Shown piece by piece: positions 49,248 to 57,096 of a DNA stretch of 64,000 nucleotides (position 1 is the first letter of the stretch; every line of letters starts with the position of its first letter). The position numbers and the translations under genes were made by a program. Under the pieces are notes generated by a model. That model searched no databases and had not been told where the DNA came from. It saw only the letters and a program-made list of their open reading frames with translations. This DNA comes from Patescibacteria group bacterium (GTDB lineage: Bacteria; Patescibacteriota; Patescibacteriia; Magasanikbacterales; GWA2-37-8). The stretch covers positions 183,420 through 247,419 of the forward strand of contig JAQTYG010000001.1 of the NCBI GenBank assembly GCA_028688375.1, in the 5' to 3' direction.

Positions 49248-51491
49248 TTACTTTTCTGGATTCCCGCCTTCGCGGGAATGACAAATATGTACATTTTTTT
49301 TAACGAGGCTCTCCGTGTCCAAACCAGCTTGACCGTAGACTTCCGTCGCTCGGCCGGATTTAAGAAAATGATCCACGCCGATGAGGCGGTTCTGATAACC
49401 GGCCGGTTGGATAAACTCGCGGGTAAATTCATTCCAGCCGTTGTGCAGAGCGATAACAGTGGCCCTTTCTTCATCGGATAAAATGGCTTGCGCTTTTTTC
49501 GGATCGGTTTTTTCCAGTTCCACAAATAATTCCGGCGAAGTGACGACAACGATTTTTACGTCCAATTTTTGTTTGGCTAAATCGGGCAGGGCTAGTAAAA
49601 CATTTTGCAGAAGCGTGGCGCCACAAACCGCCAGCGCGATTTTTTTGCCGGCGCCGGTGTATTCTTTATAGATGTAAGCGCCATCGCAGGCGGATGAGGC
49701 CGGCGTATTTTTTCTGTCTAACACCGGAGTCTCCGAACGGGACAGGGCCAAAACAATCGGCTCGCCTTTCTCCAAAGCGAAAAACAGCATCTCAATTACT
49801 TCATTGGCATCGGTCGGCTTGTAAACTTTTATCCCGGGATAAGCGTCAAACAAAGACATCCAATACATGCCCTGGTGGGTCGGGCCGTCTTCGCCTGTTT
49901 CCGGGCCGTCATGTGTGGCCAGAGCGATAAAAAAGCCCTGTGTAGCCGGATTGGCGGCATTGGCCACCAGCGCCAAATGCACGGCGTGACCATACATAGC
50001 GGTAAAAACGCCGTAAGTGCCGAACACTGATACCGGCCGGAAACCGCCGGGTAAAACATCCTGCGTCAAGGCCATAGACATCATGGCCATATTTTGTTCA
50101 GCGATGCCAAAACGAATGCCCCGGCCGAACTTATTTTGCGCGTTGATGATGCCATAAACATGCTCCGACTGGCCGAGCAAAACCGATTTGCTCAAATCCC
50201 CCGCTCCGGCGTAAAAAAACGCGGTCTGCTCCATCAACCATTTGCACCAGAGCTCGGAGGCCTGGCGCATGCTAATTTTGTCGCCGGGCTTGAAGGCAAG
50301 TTCGGGCGGGAGGTTTTTCGGACGCTTGATGCCACGCGGATTTATCAGCGGACGATTGGGCAAAGTTTTTTTCATCCGCGCTATCAGTTCAGATTCCGGT
50401 TCAATTTTGTCCGCGCCTTTTTCCAATTGCCAATCAATAAACGAAGCATCGTCTTCAGTCAACGCGTCCAAAATCTTTTGAATATCACGGGCGACATTTC
50501 CCTTTTCTCCGGGCGCGCTAAAACCAAGCTGTTTCAAAATTTTTACATAATCTTCATGGTCGGTCGGCGAACCATGCGAGGCAGTGGTGTTTTCTTTGGC
50601 GCCGTATTCTTTGCCTTTGATAGTGTGGGCGATAATTGCTGTCGGCCGGCTGTTGTCAAAACCTTGGCGGGCGATGGCGTAGGCGTAAAGAAGTTCGTTG
50701 ACATTGTGGCCATTTGCTTCAATCACATTCCAACCAAAACCGAGCCAATAATTCAAATACGGCGCGCTCATGGCTTCTTCAATCGGGCCGTCAATACCAA
50801 AATGATTGTAATCAAGTGAGACGATAATATTGTCGGTGGCGGTGGCGACCAAAACATTGCGCGCTTCAAAAGTCATGCCCTCTTCGCTCTCGGCATCGCC
50901 CATCATCACCCAAACTTTGGTCGGCAGACCGCAACTGGCGTGCGCGATAGCCATACCGCCGGCGGCGGAAAAACCATGGCCGGACGGACCGGTGCAATAG
51001 TCGGCATAGGGATATTGGCTTTCGGCATGACCGGGCGGACCGTCCAAACGGCGGAATTGCGACAAGTGTTCGGGCAGAACGCAATTAACCACGGCTTCAG
51101 AAAATTGGCGACCGGCTCGGCGCATGGCTTCATAGTATAGCGCCTGTCCGCCGTACAAAAGCGGGGTGCAGTGGCCGGCGCTCCAAATCAACCGGTCTCG
51201 GCCGGGATGTTTGGGGTCGGCCGGATCAAAGGCCAGCGAACCGCCCAGGGTAAGCGCTAAAAATTGTTCCACTTTGGAGCTACTGCCCCCGGGATGGCCG
51301 GACCGGGCGCCTTCCACGGTGGCAAAAATAAGGCCACGGAGAATTTTGGCCAGACGGTCTAAACGAGAAATGTCTAGGCCGTTATATGGCTCCAATTCAG
51401 CGTCTTGCAATTTAATATATGTAGCGCCGTCGTTTTTTCCGTTTACTGTCAATTTTTTCAGGTCTTTGGCAACAAGGGGGTTAAGGGGCAT
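49248..51491 (-). CDS. Transketolase-family TPP enzyme (full length, divergent)
   Basis: SGHPGGS, RDRLIWSAGH, MGDAESEEG, FGIAEQNM, GEDGPTHQ. Confidence 0.85.
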   Translation of the reverse strand: MPLNPLVAKDLKKLTVNGKNDGATYIKLQDAELEPYNGLDISRLDRLAKILRGLIFATVEGARSGHPGGSSSKVEQFLALTLGGSLAFDPADPKHPGRDRLIWSAGHCTPLLYGGQALYYEAMRRAGRQFSEAVVNCVLPEHLSQFRRLDGPPGHAESQYPYADYCTGPSGHGFSAAGGMAIAHASCGLPTKVWVMMGDAESEEGMTFEARNVLVATATDNIIVSLDYNHFGIDGPIEEAMSAPYLNYWLGFGWNVIEANGHNVNELLYAYAIARQGFDNSRPTAIIAHTIKGKEYGAKENTTASHGSPTDHEDYVKILKQLGFSAPGEKGNVARDIQKILDALTEDDASFIDWQLEKGADKIEPESELIARMKKTLPNRPLINPRGIKRPKNLPPELAFKPGDKISMRQASELWCKWLMEQTAFFYAGAGDLSKSVLLGQSEHVYGIINAQNKFGRGIRFGIAEQNMAMMSMALTQDVLPGGFRPVSVFGTYGVFTAMYGHAVHLALVANAANPATQGFFIALATHDGPETGEDGPTHQGMYWMSLFDAYPGIKVYKPTDANEVIEMLFFALEKGEPIVLALSRSETPVLDRKNTPASSACDGAYIYKEYTGAGKKIALAVCGATLLQNVLLALPDLAKQKLDVKIVVVTSPELFVELEKTDPKKAQAILSDEERATVIALHNGWNEFTREFIQPAGYQNRLIGVDHFLKSGRATEVYGQAGLDTESLVKKNVHICHSREGGNPEK

Positions 51492-51576
51492 ATTTTGTTT
51501 GAATAATACAAAAAAGTCAGCTATTTAGCTGCTTATATTTTACCATTTTTCCGGGCGGACAACAAGAAAAACCGGG

Positions 51577-51652
51577 TTGCCAATTGACGACGAACTGTAT
51601 ATAATGATATCCACCAAGTATAATTGACAGCCGTCGCCTTTTATGTTAAATT
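51577..51652 (+). promoter_or_regulatory. Tandem sigma70 promoters
   Basis: TTGCCA-17-TATAAT (51577..51605) and TTGACA-17-TAAATT (51624..51652). Confidence 0.65.
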
Positions 51653-51723
51653 TTAATGTCAGTTTTAGCCGTTCTTTGACAGAATATTTTTAGAAGGAAC
51701 AACCAAAAAAGGAGGGAAATGAA

Positions 51724-52251
51724 ATGAAAGAGGAAAAAACAGTGGTAAGGGCCTACCTGGCCAATCAGTTTGGGTTCTCGGAAACCGGCCGGTACGTGCT
51801 TGACAGCCTCATCAAGCCGAGGATCACGGCCATGGGCATTGTGATTCTCGACCCGTTTGAGGAGTGCGGAAAGGAACTGGACTTCGCCCATCTTGCCCGC
51901 TTGAAGCGCCATGATAAGGTGACGGCCTATTGGACGGAATTCAACGCGAAAGTGACGCACATAAACAACGCGCTGATGCGCGACTCCAACTGCCTCCTGG
52001 CCGTCTTGGACGGCGGGCACGCGATTGACGACGGCGTCGCAAGCGAAATCGGCTACTACGCCGGCATTCGACAGGGAAAAATTTTCGCCGTCAGAAGCGA
52101 TTTTCGCTGTGGCGAAAACATGGCGGCGGCCATCAACCCCCAAATTCTCGGCTACATCCAACAAAGCGGCGGTTCTCTGTCCGTCTGTCCCGATGCCATG
52201 AAAAAATGGTTCGCGGCCATTCAGACGTGGAAAGAGATGCTCGCGCGGTAG
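51724..52251 (+). CDS. Nucleoside 2-deoxyribosyltransferase family protein
   Basis: AYLANQFGFS, AVLDG..IDDGVASEIGYY, VRSDFR; strong AAGGAGG SD. Confidence 0.85.
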   Translation: MKEEKTVVRAYLANQFGFSETGRYVLDSLIKPRITAMGIVILDPFEECGKELDFAHLARLKRHDKVTAYWTEFNAKVTHINNALMRDSNCLLAVLDGGHAIDDGVASEIGYYAGIRQGKIFAVRSDFRCGENMAAAINPQILGYIQQSGGSLSVCPDAMKKWFAAIQTWKEMLAR

Positions 52252-52352
52252 CATGCCGGCTAGAAATCCCCTCCTCATTTCATTCGCCCTTTCGCGAGGC
52301 AAAACGAGCCTTCTCGCCTTGCCTCCTTCTAAAAATATTTTGTATTAAAAGT

Positions 52353-52387
52353 CCGCCACGTGCGTAGTTATGCGTGGCGGGTTTTTT
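52353..52387 (+). terminator. Intrinsic terminator
   Basis: ccgccacg...cgtggcgg followed by gtttttt. Confidence 0.75.
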
Positions 52388-52391
52388 GTGT

Positions 52392-52459
52392 AAAAAAATG
52401 AGCCCGCGACGGACGACGTCGGAGCTCGAGAGAAAGAACGGGGGTGTGGCGGTAGGCTA
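52392..52459 (-). repeat. Conserved 3' trailer/terminator, copy 1
   Basis: 36 nt identical to 52908..52943; GAGCTC-CGACG/CGTCG-C-GGGCTC stem and T-tract on minus strand. Confidence 0.85.
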
Positions 52460-52840
52460 CTTGGCGAGGTCGGCGGGCACGGGAGGACCTTCGACGACAG
52501 GGAGACCGAGAAGGCGCTGCTGTTCGGGCGTGAGCAGGCTGAGAGCTTTCTTGACCGCTTCGGCCCGGATCGCTTCCTGGTCGCTGAGTTCGACCGGAGT
52601 GTTGTTGAGAACATATCCAGTCTTGCCGTCTTTCGTCAGGACGGACACCTCCACCACATTGCCGTCTCTACCGTACCAGGCCCTCCCCCTACCTTCCGCT
52701 GTGGCCAGGTCTTTGTCGGAGAAATATCCTCCGATATTCCAGCTGTTGCCCATCTCGTTATCGGAGAGTTGTAACATATACCATGTTTCAACTCGCCAAC
52801 CAGCCAGACCTTCTTTGAGCAGTTCCGGCACCATGTTCAT
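52457..52840 (-). CDS. Hypothetical protein, paralog of 52974..53345
   Basis: GWRVETWY, VLTKDGKTG, LT.EQQRLLGLP; AAGGAGG SD. Confidence 0.8.
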   Translation of the reverse strand: MNMVPELLKEGLAGWRVETWYMLQLSDNEMGNSWNIGGYFSDKDLATAEGRGRAWYGRDGNVVEVSVLTKDGKTGYVLNNTPVELSDQEAIRAEAVKKALSLLTPEQQRLLGLPVVEGPPVPADLAK

Positions 52841-52879
52841 TCCCTCCTTTTGGGTTGTTGCTGTTTTAGGTTCGAATGC

Positions 52880-52908
52880 ACTTTACTATGAGTGTATTTT
52901 TTTGTCAA
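52880..52908 (-). promoter_or_regulatory. Sigma70 promoter
   Basis: TTGACA-17-TAAAGT. Confidence 0.65.
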
Positions 52909-52976
52909 AAAAAATGAGCCCGCGACGGACGACGTCGGAGCTCTGAAAGAAGGAGCGGGGGTATGGCGGTAGGCTA
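52908..52976 (-). repeat. Conserved 3' trailer/terminator, copy 2
   Basis: See copy 1 at 52392..52459. Confidence 0.85.
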
Positions 52977-53345
52977 TCTGAGGAAAGGCAGGCCGAGAAG
53001 CTGACACTCTTCGGCGGTGAGTACGGTTCCGATTTTTTTGAGGGCTTCGGCTTTTCTGGCGGCGAGCCGGTTTTCCTCGTCTTCGATCTCGATTACTTCC
53101 CCGCGGAGAGTCCAGCCAGTCTTGTCGTCTTTGGTCAGGACGTGAACCGCTTCCACGACCGCGTCCGAACAAGCTGAGCAGGAACCTCGTTCGTCCCCGT
53201 GTGCGAGGCGAGCCTGATTCTCGCTGGGAAAATACCTCACCTTATCTCCGGCAGGAACCGCGCCGGCAGATAAGGTCATCAGTCCGTACCAGGTTTCCAC
53301 TCGCCAACCGACCTTTTTCAGGTCCTCCATGAGTTCTTCCCACAT
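52974..53345 (-). CDS. Hypothetical protein, paralog of 52457..52840
   Basis: GWRVETWY, VLTKDDKTG, LTAEECQLLGLP; AAGGAGG SD. Confidence 0.8.
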   Translation of the reverse strand: MWEELMEDLKKVGWRVETWYGLMTLSAGAVPAGDKVRYFPSENQARLAHGDERGSCSACSDAVVEAVHVLTKDDKTGWTLRGEVIEIEDEENRLAARKAEALKKIGTVLTAEECQLLGLPFLR

Positions 53346-53393
53346 TTTTCCCTCCTTTTGGGTTGTTACTATTTTGAGTCCGGATTTATTCGC

Positions 53394-53422
53394 ACTCTAA
53401 CCTAAAAAAATGTTTTTGTCAA
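53394..53422 (-). promoter_or_regulatory. Sigma70 promoter
   Basis: TTGACA-17-TAGAGT. Confidence 0.65.
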
Positions 53423-53431
53423 AAAAAAACG

Positions 53432-55693
53432 CTATTTCTTTAAATACCACAGTCTCCCCTCTTCAAACATTTGGCGCTTCCATTGAAAATAGTTAAAATA
53501 TTCGCACAGCGTGAGCGGAGTCGCGGGGTCGGCGGAAATATTCTCGGCGTCGCAATTCAAATCCGCCGGCAAAGAATAACTCATCCGGCGCGTACCCGAT
53601 ACGTCTTCGTTGATCCAAAGTCCAAACTCGTGCATGCCGAGCAAATCGGGATATTGGTCGCGATCGTCAAAAATGGAATGCCCTTCAAAAGTGTTCGGCC
53701 CATTTAGCCCCAGCAGCTGCAAAATCGTCGGCGCGAAATCCATGGCCGACGCGTAAGTATCCACGTCTTTAGGCAAAATATTCCCCGGCACATACATCAT
53801 AAAAGCCAGCTCGTCGTAAAAATTCATCTTGCCGGTTTCGGCCGGAAAATAATCTTTGGTGTAAGCGGCGGGAAAAACCGCGTGGTCGGCGATGGCCACC
53901 ACGATGGTATTATTCGCGAATTCGCTCGCTTTAAATTGTTCCCAGAATTTTTTGAAAGCGTTGTCAGTGGTGTAAATAGTGTTGAGCAAACGATTTTTTC
54001 CTGCTTCGTATTTTATTTCATCTTTTACCAAATCAAACGGCGGATGCGTGTCCACAGTGGAAAGCATCATCAAGAACGGCTGGGCGCGTTTGGATAATTC
54101 ATCAAAAAATACGGGAAACATTTGGTGGTCGGAATAACCCCAAGCCAATGGCTCGCCGGATATTTTTTTCGCCAGTTCATCCGTGCCCCAAAATTCTTTC
54201 ACGCCCATACTGGCCAAAATCGTATCTTTATTGGCGTAATCTTTATCCACCGCCGTCATATAAAAATTATCGCGCCAGCCGGCCTCATTCAGCGCCTCCG
54301 GCAGACAAAACAAGTGGAGATTCTGTAAATGTTTTTCCATTTCAATTTCATTGTGGCCGGTGGGTGGCAAAAACGAACAAAGCTCGGCCATCAAACCGGT
54401 GACGGTCGGCGTGGAGGGATTATAAACATGGTGGAAAATCGTGGTGGACGAATCCTCGGCCATGGCTTTGAGGCCGGGAGTCAGACCGGCCAAACGCGGA
54501 TTGTAAACTTCGGTCAGCCGGCTGGAAAATGACTCCAAAAAAACAATGATAATGTTCGGTGGCTCGGCCAACAACTTATCGGGTAATAATTTTTTATCGG
54601 ATTGATAAATTTTTTCTTTTTGATTGATGTAAAAATTGTCAGCATTGTAATTCAGGCCGAACCGTTTTAATTTTTCTCTGACTACCGGCGATAATTCCAC
54701 ATTTTTTTCCGCGCCCTTAAAATACGAGTAAAAAGATTTGATGATGGCCGCTTCCGGCGTATTGCGCAGGGAGGCGACGGCGAAAAAAGACAAAACCGCC
54801 AGGCCGATGATGGCAGCGTCAAAAAAATACCAATAGCGGGCGCCGGTCAGACGATGCGAAGCGAGAAATTTTTTGAAAATTAAAACAAACGCGACGCCGG
54901 TGGCTAAAAATAGCGCCGCCGATACCACGGCTGATTTCCAAAAAATAAAGAAGCCCCCGCCCTCGGCGTGCTCCAACATCACCGGACTTAAATAGAGCCC
55001 GGAATTGTAAATGATGCTGGCGTTGGCGAAACTGACCAACAGGGCCAGGACGAACGCCGTTAACCAAAAAATCCAAAACAAATGACGCCAACGATTTTTT
55101 AATCGTAAATACAAAAAACTGGCCAGAGCAAAACCGCCCAGCCAAAACATAGTGAGGGCGAAAGAGCGAAACAGGACGATGTTAAAAAATTTAACATTAG
55201 AATCAAGGATGTAATATTTATAGGCGAAATACTGAAAAACGGCGCTGGTGATAAAAATAAAAACCGACAGAACGAATTGACTGCGGGCGACGACACGCCA
55301 ATTTTGGGTGGCTGGATGTTGACCGAGATAATAATCCAAACGCCAAAATAACAGGCCGAGCACGGCGCCGAACCAAAGCAAACTGATAATTTCCGAACGA
55401 CTGAAAAAAATCAGGAAAAAAAGCGAAGCGATGAAAAAAAATTCATTCAAAAAATTGAAAAACTCGTTGGACCAATAAGCGTGCCGGCCGAAACGGATCA
55501 CCAGATAACGGTAAACTTTTTTAGCGATAAACCAAACCAGCCAGATCGCCAACCAAACCGCCAGCCAGACAATAATAAAACGAACCCGCGGATGGCGCGG
55601 GAAATGATACCATTGCCAGCCGGAGGCGATGATAATACTGGCCGCGGGCGCTAACAGCCGCGGGATTATTTTGTTAAACCAATCAAATTTCAT
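53432..55693 (-). CDS. LTA synthase/sulfatase-like membrane transferase
   Basis: N-terminal TM helices; PNIIIVFLESFS, TPTVTG, DTHPPF, IADH. Confidence 0.8.
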   Translation of the reverse strand: MKFDWFNKIIPRLLAPAASIIIASGWQWYHFPRHPRVRFIIVWLAVWLAIWLVWFIAKKVYRYLVIRFGRHAYWSNEFFNFLNEFFFIASLFFLIFFSRSEIISLLWFGAVLGLLFWRLDYYLGQHPATQNWRVVARSQFVLSVFIFITSAVFQYFAYKYYILDSNVKFFNIVLFRSFALTMFWLGGFALASFLYLRLKNRWRHLFWIFWLTAFVLALLVSFANASIIYNSGLYLSPVMLEHAEGGGFFIFWKSAVVSAALFLATGVAFVLIFKKFLASHRLTGARYWYFFDAAIIGLAVLSFFAVASLRNTPEAAIIKSFYSYFKGAEKNVELSPVVREKLKRFGLNYNADNFYINQKEKIYQSDKKLLPDKLLAEPPNIIIVFLESFSSRLTEVYNPRLAGLTPGLKAMAEDSSTTIFHHVYNPSTPTVTGLMAELCSFLPPTGHNEIEMEKHLQNLHLFCLPEALNEAGWRDNFYMTAVDKDYANKDTILASMGVKEFWGTDELAKKISGEPLAWGYSDHQMFPVFFDELSKRAQPFLMMLSTVDTHPPFDLVKDEIKYEAGKNRLLNTIYTTDNAFKKFWEQFKASEFANNTIVVAIADHAVFPAAYTKDYFPAETGKMNFYDELAFMMYVPGNILPKDVDTYASAMDFAPTILQLLGLNGPNTFEGHSIFDDRDQYPDLLGMHEFGLWINEDVSGTRRMSYSLPADLNCDAENISADPATPLTLCEYFNYFQWKRQMFEEGRLWYLKK

Positions 55694-56053
55694 CTAGCTT
55701 TCAAAATTGTAAGTTTTTTCCTCCCGAACGCGACGCTTATCTTTTTTAATTTTTTCGCGCTGGAGAATTTTGTGTTTCTTCAATTCGCCTTCCAGATAAT
55801 CGCGCACCTTGTCAATCGCTTTGTAGAGATTTTTTTCGTTTTTGGAGGCAAACAAATCCACGCCCGGCACGTCCAGCCGGCATTCGGCGATAAACACCTC
55901 GCCTTTCAGGTGGTGGTCGGTTTCCTTGCCGACTTTTACTTCCGCTTTAATGATTTGATCGTAAAATTTTTCCAAACCACCGATTTTTTTATCCACGTAA
56001 GCCTTGATCGCTTCGGTTAAATCCATGCCCTTGCCACTGATGATGATTTTCAT
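55694..56053 (-). CDS. hpf: Ribosome hibernation factor (HPF/RaiA)
   Basis: MDLTEAIKAYVDKKI, NLYKAID. Confidence 0.9.
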   Translation of the reverse strand: MKIIISGKGMDLTEAIKAYVDKKIGGLEKFYDQIIKAEVKVGKETDHHLKGEVFIAECRLDVPGVDLFASKNEKNLYKAIDKVRDYLEGELKKHKILQREKIKKDKRRVREEKTYNFES

Positions 56054-56098
56054 AAAATTGAAGATTTAGGATTGAAGATTTATGATTAAATTTGGAAT

Positions 56099-57043
56099 TT
56101 ATGGCATGATGATTTCTACTTCCGGTTCAAGCCAGACCCTATACTTATCATACACTCTTCCTTTTATTTCTTCAACCAGAGCGACGACATCGGCTTGAGT
56201 AGCATTGCCGGCGTTGATAATAAAATTGCCGTGTTGCGGAGAAACCTGCGCGCCGCCGATTTTCACGCCTTTTAGGCCGGCTTGTTCCACCAACCAACCG
56301 GCCGGAATCATGCCTCGTTCGCGATAAATCTCCGGTAAGTTGCCGGGCAAAGCGCCCGGCCAATCGCCGGTTTTGATATTTTTAAAAAAACTGCCGGCCG
56401 AAGGCACCGTCGGCAATTTCTGCGACCGACCGAGTAAAATCTCCTGCATTTTTTTAACCACCGACGCTTGGTCGGATGGGATAAGTTTGAAGGTCGCGCG
56501 CAAAACCACTCCCCCATCGCGCTTGAAAATACTATCGCGATAACCGAAGGCGCACTCGGCCGAGGTGAGCGCCGTTGTTTCGCCGTTACGCCACGCTTCA
56601 ACCTGTTTAATATTTTGGGCCATATCCGAACCGTGCGCGCCAGCGTTGCCACGAACCGCTCCGCCGACCGTACCCGGGATGCCGGTCGCCCATTCCAATC
56701 CGGACAAACCGCGCGCCGCGGCTTCGTTGACCGCCGTGGATAACAGCGCGCCAGCTTCAATAATAATTTCGTCTTTGTCCGTCCGACATTTGGCGCAGTC
56801 AATTTTAATCACCACGCCACTAAACCCTTCATCCGGCGCCAGCACGTTTGACCCGCCACCGAGAATAAAAAAATCCTCACCCGCGCCGGATAGGAAATTT
56901 AATAAAGCGGGCAGTTTATCCGCCTCGCTGACTGTCACCACATATTTGGCCGGTCCGCCGATTTTAAAAGTGGTGTGCCGGGATAACAACACGTTAGTCT
57001 TGGTTTTTCCGTATTTTTTCAGCTCGGGATAGAGCAGATCCAT
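56099..57043 (-). CDS. murB: UDP-N-acetylenolpyruvoylglucosamine reductase
   Basis: HTTFKIGGPA, LGGGSN, GIPGTVGGAVRGNAGA, SAGSFFKN, HGNFIIN, LEPEV. Confidence 0.96.
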   Translation of the reverse strand: MDLLYPELKKYGKTKTNVLLSRHTTFKIGGPAKYVVTVSEADKLPALLNFLSGAGEDFFILGGGSNVLAPDEGFSGVVIKIDCAKCRTDKDEIIIEAGALLSTAVNEAAARGLSGLEWATGIPGTVGGAVRGNAGAHGSDMAQNIKQVEAWRNGETTALTSAECAFGYRDSIFKRDGGVVLRATFKLIPSDQASVVKKMQEILLGRSQKLPTVPSAGSFFKNIKTGDWPGALPGNLPEIYRERGMIPAGWLVEQAGLKGVKIGGAQVSPQHGNFIINAGNATQADVVALVEEIKGRVYDKYRVWLEPEVEIIMP

Positions 57044-57096
57044 ACTTGCTTTTTTCCTTATTTCCAGGTATTATTACCCCATTATATGGGAAAAAT

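Noticed and set aside
51671-52387. Retron (NDT effector plus inverted repeats)
   Set aside because: No reverse transcriptase in the window, and the inverted repeats enclose the ORF rather than an msr-msd region.
51646-52946. Alternative ORFs 51646..52302(-), 52374..52946(+) and other antisense ORFs in the track
   Set aside because: They are shadows of better-supported genes with SD sequences and recognisable motifs on the opposite strand.
52392-52976. 36-nt identical repeats as a CRISPR array or integron attC sites
   Set aside because: Only two copies about 515 bp apart, each following an ORF; no cas or integrase gene and no RYYYAAC/GTTRRRY ends.
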